Origin: Antedon mediterranea
Taxonomy: Eukaryota > Animalia > Echinodermata
Direction of reading: 5' to 3'
Assembly: GCF_964355755.1 (NCBI RefSeq)
Contig: NC_092678.1
Span: forward strand, 22,957,365-23,021,364
DNA: 64,000 bases
The notes beneath the pieces were generated by a model, which ran no database searches, was not told the origin of the DNA, and was given only the letters and a program-made list of their open reading frames with translations. The translations under genes and the position numbers were made by a program. Position 1 is the first letter of the stretch, and the number at the start of each line of letters is the position of its first letter. Positions 43,801 through 52,944 of this stretch are shown piece by piece.

Positions 43801-46800
43801 TTCATGAATACATTTCATTGGTTAATTCGCCATATTTCTTATTCTGACGTAAGTGCAAAACTTTTGTAAAAATAAATACGTTTTCTTTTTAATTCACTTG
43901 CAGATGCGTGTTTACAACTCTTTCAATTTGCAATGAAGCTCATACGTGTGTAAACAAGACAGTCAATACAACAAATATATTAGGTAATTTGTGCAATACT
44001 TTATTTCAATAACAACTAGACCAGATTTGTGGAATTAATTGTAGAAAGAAAGAAAGAAAAGGCTCAAAAACAACCTAGTCGGCTACACTAACTGACTGGG
44101 TGAAAAAAGTAGCATTCAATTTTGCCATCTCTCATTACATTTTGTTTTTCCTTCAATACTTGTAAATTAAAACACATTTTATTTTAGGTCCTGATGATAT
44201 AATCATATCCTCTGATGATGGAAACGGAATATCATTTTCTTGGGGGAAAGACGTCTCTACAATGAACTCTGACCTGAACTCTGACCCACCAGTGGATACA
44301 TTCAGCATAGATATATCATCAATTGGAGGTAAAGTATCTTCTTTCATCTACAAAAAATGTGAAGCTATAGTGGTAATGTCATTTATTTGGTTGGCAAATC
44401 TGAGGATCTAATAATAATGAGACAAATTTTCATTCATTTTTTCATTTATCTTTTTATTTCGGAATATCATGGTGACATAATATTATATCCATAGCAAAAG
44501 AAGAGAGAAAAAAAAAATCTTAATCTAACAGCTCATAGAACAAAAACAAGGATATTTAAATATATAAAGTCAATGCAACAAAGCATTCCATTGTGTGTGC
44601 ATTCTTGACACATTAAGAACGTGGCGATTAATGGCCATGATCAAGGAATTACTACTTGCGTTCACACGATTTTTAAAACTAAAAACAGATTTTCTAATGA
44701 ACTCATCAATGTCTAACCTACAGTACAATAGATATGTTTTAATAAAGTATTCCTCCTTCTGGTTGCTGTTATCACTTGTATCACCCAAAATGTCAAATAT
44801 AACAATACTATGCAATTTTATAATATTGTTAAATATCAATGTTTATTGTTACAATGTGTTGGAGGGTCTAAAACAGTACAGTAAGCACTCAGGAAGACAC
44901 ATACAGTTGTTTAGTAATAATTAAATACATATTTATTGTTTTATCTCCATTTGGTCTTTGTTTTCAAGTGCTGCAACATCCCTCTTTTGTCCAGAATTGG
45001 TCGTGTAATTAATTTTATAATAGGTTAGAAGATATATGTTTTCTTTTATTGTTTTAAAGGCGTTGACCCTGGTTACTCAATGTCCTTTGGAATTTTATCA
45101 AATGATGACATTAACAAAGAATATACATCTGAGGCAACTGCAGAATATGTGCCGTATATCGTAAACCCATTGTATACGATGGACAGAGTTGAACGCCATC
45201 TCAGAAGCAGGTAAGACACACATATATCATGCCTATCTCTACTGTAGGCCTACTCTACTCAAAGGCTAGAGTAGGTGGAAGAAGGTAGGACTAGAGGATA
45301 GACTCTTAACTAGCCCAATTAATTCATGGTTCCCACTAAAGACGCAACACAAGGAGGTGACGCAACATAAGTGATTTGACCAATTACAAGCGATGGAACA
45401 TTCCAAATTTTGCTTGCGTTGAATCTACGTCCTTGCATTGTGTCCTAGTGGGAACCACGCTTAATGAAACTTACAGTACGCTAACATTCTGGAGTATTCA
45501 ATCAATTTAATAATGTTGATTTCTTTACAGAGTGAAAGCTGTATACGAACCAAGTTTTTACATGTCGCCACTTGGCCAGACGGAAATGAACGGACCATTT
45601 CAAATTATTGTGAAATTCAACAAAACTTCAGATTGGACAGATCAATATCCAAGCCTCGTCTATTGGAACAAAGGTAACATTGAAACTCGACATTTCATCA
45701 CCTTCCTGAATCTTCCATTTTTAAACATTTGATGGTTCTTTAAATTTAATTCAATGTCAGTTTCAATTCGTTTGATGGCTGCTCCATCAACCAACTCAAA
45801 TTATTTTGTTAGGATGAGTTTGTTCCATGTCTGTTCTCTTGTTAAGATATGATCTAGAGCTTATTTATTACTTTTCTTAGATGATGGTCAATGGAAGGAC
45901 GCTGGTCTGACGTGTCCAGATGAATTGCCGCAGTTTGATGAAGAAAAAGGAGAAATTACTGTTATGGTGAGTATTTGATATCATTTTGCTGATGTCATAT
46001 TACTACCATATTTGTGCTCATCACACTTTTTTTTTCAAACTAGTTTGATAGTGTAGACAGAGCTTTAAACCTCCATTTCACTTGTCTTTTATATGAATAT
46101 AATTTCAGTTATCATCGTTTCTTAGATGATTAAGATTACCTCTCTTTTCCAAACCGTCAATAAAAATATTGTAATTTTCAGATACAACAGAATCTTTCAC
46201 AGTTTCTAAAATTAATGTGAATTATCTATTTATGAATACTAAAGGTCTGTGGAACAAGTCTTACAGAAACCGAAACAGGTACCAGAAGAAGACGTGATAC
46301 CGATTCATACAACCCACAAAGTTATTTTAGTAAAGAAACACTTTTTACTGTCGCTGTTGTCGACAAGAACGCTGTGAACGATCCACCAGTAATTATAATG
46401 CAAGACGTCTTAAAAATACACGAAGATGCGGGTAAGAAACTTGTTAATACTTGCGTTTATTTGTCAAGAAATATTCAGCTTCTTTTTTCTTCCATTTCAT
46501 TAACATTTGTGAATAGTTTTTATAAGTAAGCTAAAACAACCTTGTGGAAAACACTAATCTGGTTAATGAAGTGTTGTATCCATTTTGAAATATTAAGTTG
46601 TTGTTATTTGCATTTTGCTGCATGGTGTTTCACTTGCCATCTAGCGTTTCAAGCATACATGGGTTTTACACAAACACGCAAGGAATCTCCCAATCAATTT
46701 GTAGCCATTTGCATGTTCTTTTTATCAGTTCCTTGTTTTTTGGACCCAAGTGGAAATAAGTTTTTAACTTTTCTTGGCATTCCTTGTAATAAAGGCCTGT

Positions 46801-49800
46801 GTTTCTGTGCAATTGTTTTTCTACTTGTTATGCATTGTATTGATTGTTTTTTAACCTTGATTACTAAATAAAGAAATTCAAAATTCAATTCAAATTCAAA
46901 CCATTCCACAAAAGTCCCCAGTGGTTTAATGGTAGAATGTCTGCAAATCAAGCATTTGTTTTCTTAAGTTCGAAACTGTGTTTGCGTTCCTTTTTCTCAA
47001 TCTCACAGATTTCTTAAACTCACAGATTTCTTAAACTGGGTGGTAAAGTAAATTTACAAACAAGTTTTGTTTAATTTCAGGAATTCTAGAGTACCAAATA
47101 CACGTCTCAGATTCTGATGATGATCCAGTTGTTTTGGAACTAGATTCTAAGTATCCTATAACAGAACTTGGAGAGATTGTGGAGTTAAGTTCAGACGGTT
47201 TCTTCAAATTTAAACCTTGTTTGGATTGTTATGGACAAGCAGTTATATTTATCAAAGGTTTGTGTGATACTTTGTAATTATATTAGTGATTTGTTGTTAT
47301 ATATGTGTGGTAGCTTTTTCTCCTTCTTACACTTTGTCTATAGTTTAGAGTTTACGTAAACTACTATTATTAGTAATGTAATCCTTTTAACGCAACAAAT
47401 ACTAGAAGAATTGCCTAGTATACATAACTGATCAGTATCATGAATTTTTCCTTCATGTTTCCAATGAGTTGTTTTTGTTTTGTTTGTGTCTGTTGTATTT
47501 TTCCTACATAAGTTTTTACTTTGTAGGTTTTTTTCACTTAAATATGGTTTCCTTTTTATTTTGACAATGTTCAGCTGTTGAGACACCAGAGAGTCCATTT
47601 ATAGAACCACTATCTTCGACCAAGAGTTTTGAGATCGACATATCATCTGAGCATGATCCACCAATTGTGTACTTCTGCACAAAGAAAACAGCCAACTCAC
47701 CTGCTGTCAATCAAAGATTCTATCAGGTAAGAATTGTTAGAAAACAAGTAATCTGACCAATCACAATCAATGGTTGGTAGTATGTCTCTTGTGATTGGTC
47801 AAAAAGAGTTGTGCCTTCTAAAGCTTAGTTCCCACTAGGTAGCAACGCAAAGACGTAAGCGCTACTAATTTGACCAATCATCGAGCTATGAATCATATAA
47901 AAATATTTCTTGTGATTGGTCAACTAACATGCGTTGAATGTATGCCATTTAGTTTATGCCATTGGTTGCGTGTACACCTTTGCGTTGTATGAACTATGCA
48001 TAATAAAGTATCTAATACCCTTTTCACATCTGCATAAATTGTAACAACCTGTAACAAATTGTAACCAGGTTTGATCTCCTGACTTATTACACGTTTTCAC
48101 ACATGCATACACGAACTTTGTGAAATCTCGGGAGTAAAGAAGAGTTGCGTGCTATTTGATTAATATGATTGGTCAGTTAATACCAGGGCAATACACACGC
48201 GCGGAGTGAGAACTCGGAACATCTCGGAACAAAAACACAGACCTCTTGCTGGTGTGTTTTTTTCCAGAAATTGTCTTCACACTATGCAAACCTGGTTACA
48301 AGTTGTTACATTTTGCAGATGTGAAAAGGGTATTAGAGACAGTACCACTAACATCCTGTTCAGACTGCTCAATTCTACTCAATGTATTCAGATCTGTCAT
48401 TGTCTGCTTATATACAGGTAACGATGGAAGAAAACACGGACACTAACATTGCTTACAGTGATTTGATTGGCTATGTTGGCGCGTATGACGTTGATTCAGA
48501 TGACCTGTTGAACCTCATGTTCCAAACGCCACCACAAGGACAATTCCATATAAAACCACCAGGAAGAGGTGTACCACCGGCGGATGAAGACTTGTGTCAA
48601 ATACAGTACCCTCATGCAGAGGTAAAAAATATGTTATATATTTGAATGGATTCTGTATTGATGGTTTATTTTTTTTTTTTTGAAGACACATAGTTTATAT
48701 CTTCCTGCCACTTTACATTCCATATTTGGGCATATTTTCCAGTTCTAGTGATAAAACATGTTGAATACTACATCCTTTGTTGCCATATATACTATTTATT
48801 ATTATTTATTCAATGCATTTTTCTTATTAGAGTTTGATGACCTGGGTGTGGACAGAGGTTACGTATAAACCAAATCCAGATTTCTACGGATCTGATTCGC
48901 TGTCAGTGTTTGCACTTGACAAGGACGGCTTGTATTCAAAAGTACTTGAGATAGATATTGCTGTTATGCGAAACCCCTGCTCTGTACATGGAATATGTCA
49001 AGGTAAATCATAGAAATATTTTTGTGGAAAATCCCGGAACATTGTATAAGTGAGCTCTAAAGCTTGGTTTCCACTAGAGACGCAACACAAGGATGTAATG
49101 CAACGTAAAGGATTTGTGATGAAATATTCAAACTGTCGCTTGTCATTAGTCAACTCGCTTGCGCTGCATCTACGTTCTTGCATTGCGTCTGTAGTAGGAA
49201 CCAAGCAGTCTATGAGTTGAAAGGAGAAAGAGAACCTATTGTGTATCATGTCATTGACATGGGCTTACACGTAGACTGCCTAGTGTCTGCCTTCTTTCTT
49301 AAGCGTGGTTCCCACTAGCGACGCAACGCAAGGACGTAACGCAACGCAAGAGAATTGACCAATCACAAGCGATGGCTTATTCGCTTGTGATTGCTAACTG
49401 TCTATAACTTCGCTTGTCATTGGTTAAAACGCTTGCGTTGCGTTTACGTCCTTGCGTTACGTTCTAGTGGGAACCAAGCTTTACAAACGATTTAAAACCA
49501 ACTTAAATTTTGTATTGTTTGATTCTGGTACTGAGTCTCCAAAATGTATTTATAATTCTGATCTATTGTGTACCATTTTGAATGTCAATTATGCGATGCT
49601 TTAGGATTTTTACCGCGGAGAAAAACAATATAAATGGCGCACTCTATAGAATGATTACGACTGTTTGACGACATTGATCTTAACCAGTCGTCCTATCGTG
49701 TGAGAGAAATTTATTTTTAAAAGCTTTTAACGTTTGTTAGTACCGTTTATTAGAAGTAATGTATTGTTAACAGGGGTGTTCAATGACACAAAGTGTGAAG

Positions 49801-51431
49801 ATCCTAAACGTAAAAATGGATTTGATGGATACAATTGCTCATGTGAATTCGGCTGGCAAGGAGAATACTGTGAAAGTGATCGAGATGAGTGCCAACTTGA
49901 TGATCCGTGTGCTAGCCCGTATATATGCACAAATGAACCAGGTGGTTTCCGCTGTGCCTGTCCACCTGGAAAATCAAATTGTGATATGGAAGCGTAAGTA
50001 ATACTTAAAATCAGCGTAAGCATATTTGTGTATATTGCTTTTCTTCTACGTTTATGGCTGCAGTGTCCATACTGCGTGAAAAACGCCAACATCCTTAATT
50101 ATTCTGTAAGCGGAATGTATTATTAAAATGTATCAACATTTACATACAGGTGGGTGATAAGTTTAATAAGCCTGGCTGTTGGTGCAATTATATTCGGTAG
50201 CCTGGCAGGTATTGCTTATTGGTATAAGAGAAAGAACAGGTAAGTTGCTTTATATGTAGTGTTCTTAATAATATTATAGCGTTATCAAAATATATATTAT
50301 CCATGTGATTTTATGTATGCGATTAAAATACAAATATAATAAGCAGAAATGTTAGAGTAGACTTTAGGTTTATAGTTAATTAAGTTTTACTTTTGTTAAC
50401 ACGATGTTCATACAATTTATCTAGTAAAATAGACTTTGATGAAAGTGATGAAGATCATATTAATGTACTACCTATGGATAAGTAAGTATTAAACTTAATG
50501 GAAAAACCTTTTAATATGGTTATACATATAAAGGCTGTAGTAGTAGTTGATGTGACAAGTCATAGTCTACTAGTTATTTTGAATTGATATATATAGGATA
50601 ATTACATTTCTCTATTAAACTATGTCCGTCTATATAATAATACTATTTTTGTCTTGTTAAAGCGAAAGCCAAGTTCAGCTGGAAACATTTGATGGCAGCA
50701 ACGCTATTGAAGAGACTGTGAATGGTGAAACATCTCTTCAGTCCAATATTGTATGTGTTCCTATAGAGGGAACGAGTGATACGAAGAATACAGGCGACAA
50801 TACACAAAAGAGAAATGTCACTAAACCAAAGCGAAATCAAGTTTCACCACAACCACCTAAAATAGAGAACGAAGACGAAGGAAAAAGGTCTCCAACTGAC
50901 GAATTCAAAAGACCAATGAGTTCTCCGAGAAATCAGTTCCTAGCTTCTACCGATGTTGATGATGATGCTATAAGTTTATCGTCTCTTGGCGATGTGAAAG
51001 AAGGCCACAATTTAAGTCACTCACTGGATGGACGCGTGTCTCAGAATGAGCTGAAGGTAGCGTTTGCTCCTACTAAGAGATTACCAAAGAAGCAAGCCAG
51101 AGTAGTTGGTATCGACAAGGTTTATGATGATGTTGAAGAATTTGTGGATGATGGAGAGTTACAATCATCTGGAGCAGTTGAAAAACCTCACATGGCATCT
51201 GAAGAACTTGAGAGAACCACTCTAGTTGATTCCCTAATTGCTGAAACAGAACCTGTAAATCATCAGGTGGCACCTGAAGATCTGCAGAAAACCACTCCAG
51301 CCGATTCCATAATCGTGATGACTCAAGACCCATCTGAAATGTCTGAGGAGGCACCTGAAGATCTTCAAAGAGCCACTCCGTTCCTCCCCGGTGTCATTGA
51401 CGATGGGTTGATGTCGGAGGATGTTGTTTAG
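190..51431 (+). CDS. Giant multi-exon gene (5'-incomplete, about 88 exons, about 5,000 aa in window) encoding a predicted single-pass multidomain membrane protein
   Basis: Open exons flanked by pyrimidine-AG and GT sites, e.g. 190-327, 773-984, 1385-1494, 1588-1805, 2296-2447, 3285-3461, 6334-6511, 7053-7196, 7914-8105, 9935-10073, 18765-18982, 21741-21911, 23867-24032, 40356-40485, 49774-49993, 50150-50239, 50425-50481, 50663-51431 (TAG). Phases matched at the junctions checked. Many + strand ORF-track entries are single exons. Exon count and length are manual estimates. Confidence 0.9.
2533..2961. mobile_element. Foldback MITE with ~155-bp imperfect inverted arms and TTAA flanks (Kolobok- or piggyBac-like)
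   Basis: accgaggaccatatttt...ctgtgacgtcacaggt is mirrored by acctgtgacgtcacag...aaaatatggtcctcggt, with TTAA on both sides. Confidence 0.75.
3663..3839. mobile_element. MITE family D (Tc1/pogo-like, decayed)
   Basis: TA-CAGT...ACTG-TA ends with repeated ggggacacccctatt motifs; relics at about 5140-5283, 12297-12440 and 41745-42195. Confidence 0.65.
4550..5978 (+). CDS. Amphipathic/coiled-coil helical exons (apolipoprotein-like character)
   Basis: EQALNKFTEQKKRIEEKIQSLK; IRNVVEEKKALIREIDEKLRTELEDWANE; LNLVRTALNRTNDTLAKIKQISEPFKEALSNFTARMEHLNETVINILKG. Confidence 0.55.
6334..8105 (+). CDS. Three exons encoding a degenerate peptidase M23/LECT2-like domain
   Basis: Spliced translation SDYGVDLLIGKNQP-IVTPLSGFI...PVK-VYKGDGIGFASRSNCQPNNYIHVVM...YIDPSPFL follows the M23 pattern (HxGxD, VxAPxxG, VxKGxxIG, HxH, IDP). 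Two of the three motif histidines are replaced. Confidence 0.75.
6585..6775. repeat. Unclassified dispersed repeat family H
   Basis: caacaggatgctgagctc...tgtggctgcgac...gttcctatcttggca recurs, sometimes inverted, at about 19972-20190, 33220-33315 and 41990-42075. Confidence 0.7.
8469..8654. mobile_element. MITE family C (Tc1/mariner-like)
   Basis: TA-CAGTCAACTCTCCCAATACCGGAC...GTCCGGTATTGGGAGAGTTGACTG-TA; further copies at about 25312-25465 and 43406-43538. Confidence 0.88.
8785..8920. mobile_element. MITE family A (PIF/Harbinger-like), representative copy; about 10 copies in window
   Basis: TIR AGCTCTGTCTACACTATCAAACT with TTA/TAA flanks. Copies at about 2170-2262, 6780-6920, 8785-8920, 12704-12849, 13787-13976, 15257-15390, 15595-15711, 16702-16805, 42794-42937, 45988-46064. 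Confidence 0.88.
9935..10073 (+). CDS. Exon encoding a SAP-like motif
   Basis: NQLTDDYLRTLLQERGLPIWGDRLELLARF matches the SAP consensus LxxxxLRxxLxxRGLxxxGxKxELxxR. Confidence 0.7.
17450..44328 (+). CDS. Long run of fibronectin type III-like repeats across many exons, interrupted by the PAN and GH16-like domains
   Basis: Recurring unit WxxFxDxESGIxxYxxxIGTxPGxxDV...LxHGxxYYxxVxAxNxAG...SDGVxVDxTPP, e.g. exons at 24639-24876, 26817-26979, 28746-28936, 30017-30191, 41497-41680. Confidence 0.8.
18765..18982 (+). CDS. PAN/apple domain exon
   Basis: PDACAAECLKLPTTKCRSFNYNMRDGKCEL fits the CxxxC...CxSFxY...CxL PAN pattern. Confidence 0.85.
19721..19965. repeat. 40-bp minisatellite, 6 copies
   Basis: gctatcacaatgctgtttagcatgtaagcatgtgcggtat starts at 19721, 19761, 19801, 19841, 19881 and 19921. 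Confidence 0.97.
20735..21040 (+). mobile_element. tRNA-headed SINE with Deu-like core; related pieces at about 11060-11230 (-), 15040-15195, 30352-30620, 37930-38120 (-)
   Basis: A/B-box-like head (gtggccaagcg...ggttgaagtc), shared core ggataaggactataaac...ggtccagtg...taaagaacc...gagtagg, A/T-rich tail. Confidence 0.65.
21043..21712. mobile_element. Non-autonomous Tc2/pogo-like DNA transposon, 670 bp
   Basis: Perfect 25-bp TIR CCGTACTGACGCGGGTATAAGCCCA, TA target duplication, internal gggcttatacccg repeats. Confidence 0.9.
23050..23887 (+). repeat. Tandem array of ~36-bp units derived from the downstream exon's splice acceptor, with a ~98-bp higher-order unit x3
   Basis: tttgttttgtttttag-tgaccctaattc(t/a)(a/g)agatat is repeated; the last copy is the true exon start at 23867. 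Confidence 0.9.
24526..24595 (+). mobile_element. tRNA-derived SINE head; similar heads at about 17037-17110 (+), 14560-14628 (-), 29808-29875 (-)
   Basis: A box TGGTCTAATGG and B box GGTTCGAATCT without a complete cloverleaf. Confidence 0.6.
27100..27497. repeat. Degenerate ~80-bp intronic tandem repeat
   Basis: aattctctaataactgcaaattattgtaacggtctaaaaggcttaactgga repeated about 4-5 times. Confidence 0.85.
33930..34557. repeat. 24-bp minisatellite, about 26 copies
   Basis: Unit aaattgtttatgaagtgtcaagtt; explains the repetitive ORFs on both strands. Confidence 0.97.
36940..40380 (+). CDS. GH16-like/concanavalin A-fold domain lacking the catalytic EIDxE motif
   Basis: LAGAVSRR...GGTFKMDLKAA...VITSVVFW; LTFDPSSDWHHYEFTF...IQLSVDG...LTLQLWND...AYFANIR resemble GH16 strands (FDPxxDFHxY, IxFYVDG, LW, DYVR). 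Confidence 0.6.
41794..41916 (+). mobile_element. 3' fragment of a Rex1/Babar-type LINE ORF
   Basis: Translates HALFSDFELMPHGRRFRFPACRTNRKRNSFLPVAIRLLNS-stop, like the Rex1-clade C-terminus LPSGRRY...RTxR...SFxPxAIRLLN. Confidence 0.75.
44440..44740 (-). mobile_element. Probable LINE 3' fragment
   Basis: IRKSVFSFKNRVNASSNSLIMAI...W-stop resembles non-LTR RT C-termini and is followed by a T-rich UTR and AATAAA. Confidence 0.45.
46245..49002 (+). CDS. Furin-type site followed by two cadherin-like/Big_9-like repeats
   Basis: TRRRR-DT, then VNDPPVI...IHED...VSDSDDDP...DGFFKFKP; HDPP...MEEN...AYDVDSDD...VTYKPNPDFYGSDSLSVFALD. Confidence 0.7.
48016..48332. mobile_element. MITE family G (Harbinger-like); second copy at about 17797-18077
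   Basis: TIR TACCCTTTTCACATCTGCA with TAA/TTA flanks; the two copies share internal sequence. Confidence 0.8.
48970..49993 (+). CDS. Two EGF-like domains, the second Ca2+-binding type
   Basis: NPCSVHGIC...YNCSCEFGWQGEYCE; DRDECQLDDPCASPYICTNEPGGFRCACPPGKSNC. Confidence 0.9.
49302..49480. mobile_element. MITE family B (PIF/Harbinger-like), representative copy
   Basis: TIR AGC(T/G)TGGTTCCCACTAG plus acgcaa subrepeats, TTA flanks. Other copies at about 13054-13197, 13244-13380, 45325-45461, 47822-47990, 49060-49207. Confidence 0.85.
50150..50239 (+). CDS. Transmembrane helix exon
   Basis: WVISLISLAVGAIIFGSLAGIAYW followed by basic YKRKN (stop-transfer, positive inside). Confidence 0.88.
50663..51431 (+). 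CDS. Last exon: acidic, likely disordered cytoplasmic tail ending SEDVV-stop
   Basis: AG at 50661-50662, in frame with ORF 50718-51431; E/D/S/P-rich. Confidence 0.85.
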
Positions 51432-51490
51432 AATGTATATGGCATAAACGCCCAACGAGAGATCCTTCCTAATCAAGTGTTCTGTTGACA

Positions 51491-51505
51491 AATAAATGAA
51501 ATAAA
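51491..51505 (+). promoter_or_regulatory. Candidate polyadenylation signals
   Basis: Two AATAAA hexamers about 60 nt after the stop codon. Confidence 0.5.
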
Positions 51506-51898
51506 TTTCAGTAAAAAAAATTTAATACATGATTGTAGATTGCATACTGAAATTTGCATATATTAGCATATACAACATTACTGAATGTGCGATTCAGATC
51601 CGCTGTGCAGCAATTGTAATATTTTAGTGTTGGTACGCATTTGATTCAGTTACCTTTACTATATGTGTTCATATAATCATTTAGTATTTCTCTGTTTAAT
51701 GGACGCCAACTTCGACAGTGGTTGTAGGTCAATCTAATGACCCAAGGTGAAACTAATGACCTGAAGTATGGTCAGTAACTAAAGTAACTCAAAAGTATTA
51801 TAAGTAGTCAAGAATAGTTTCGCCTCACATAGGTGTCATTTTGACTTATGAATATTCATTAGTAGGTGTCTATGAATATTCATTAACAGTTCGTTTAG

Positions 51899-52944
51899 AA
51901 ACGACACCTATGTTATGGGATAGTATTGTGAGTACTTCATAACCGCCAGCAGTGTAATCGGGTGACGATTCCTGTGCTGCACGCGTAAAGGTATGTGGTC
52001 ACTCGTCTCCCCGGAGTGCGATCATAGCTTTACGTATCACAGGAATCCGAAGTCCACCTAACCGTCCGTGTTTTTGGATTCATATTCCATCATTGTTGTT
52101 GTCTTATTACGTACATACTGTATTATAATTTTCATGTGACATAATTATTATTGAAGCCGGCGGCTTCTACAGACCCAGTTTTTAAGGTCAAAGTTCGTGA
52201 TCGCCTTACCAGGTGACTGAATACATAATTAAGTAAGTAAAGATATGGAAATAAGTAAAGTAACTCAAAAGTATTATAAGTATTTTAGTGTGGGTTTGCT
52301 TCACATTGGTGTCATTTGAACTTCTTAATGAACAAACTCAGTTGGACTTCGTACGCAGTCCATAAATCATTAATATTCATTAACATCAAAAGCGTAAAAT
52401 AATGAATATTCATGATTTGATTAACTGTCAATAAGTAATCCCAAACGACACCTATGTTATGGGATAGTATTGTGAGTACTTAATAACCGCCAGCAGTGTA
52501 ATCGGGTGACGATTCCTGTGCTGCACGCGTAAAGGTGTGTGGTCACTCGTCTCCCCGGAGTGCGATCATAGCTTTACGTATCACAGGAATCCGAAGTCCA
52601 CCTAACCGTCCGTGTTTTCGGATTCATGTAAAATATTCATAAATATTCCATCATTGTTGTCTTATTACTTACATACTGTATTGTAATTTTCATATGACAT
52701 AATTATTATTGAAGCCGGCGGCTTCTAAAGACCCAGTTTTTAAGGTCAAAGTTCGTGATCGCCTTCCAGGTGACTGAATACATAATTAAGTAAGTAAAGA
52801 TATGGAAATAAGTAAAGTAACTCAAAAGTATTATAAGTATTTTAGAGTGGGTTTGCTTCACATTGGTGTCATTTGAACTTCTTAATGAACAAACTCAGTT
52901 GGACTTCGTACGCAGTCCATAAATCATTAATATTCATTAACATC
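51899..52944. repeat. Near-identical tandem duplication with a ~545-bp period
   Basis: aacgacacctatgttatgggatag starts at about 51899 and 52444, and identity continues to aatattcattaacatca. Confidence 0.93.

Noticed and set aside
417-51491. Minus-strand ORFs as nested genes
   Set aside because: Most are antisense shadows of + strand exons or AT-rich intron noise; only 44570-44839 had recognisable (LINE-like) content.
51960-52055. Hammerhead ribozyme (TGACGA...CGAA around the hairpin)
   Set aside because: The core would need CUGANGA and GAAA plus stems I and III; the sequence has GTGACGA and GAAG.
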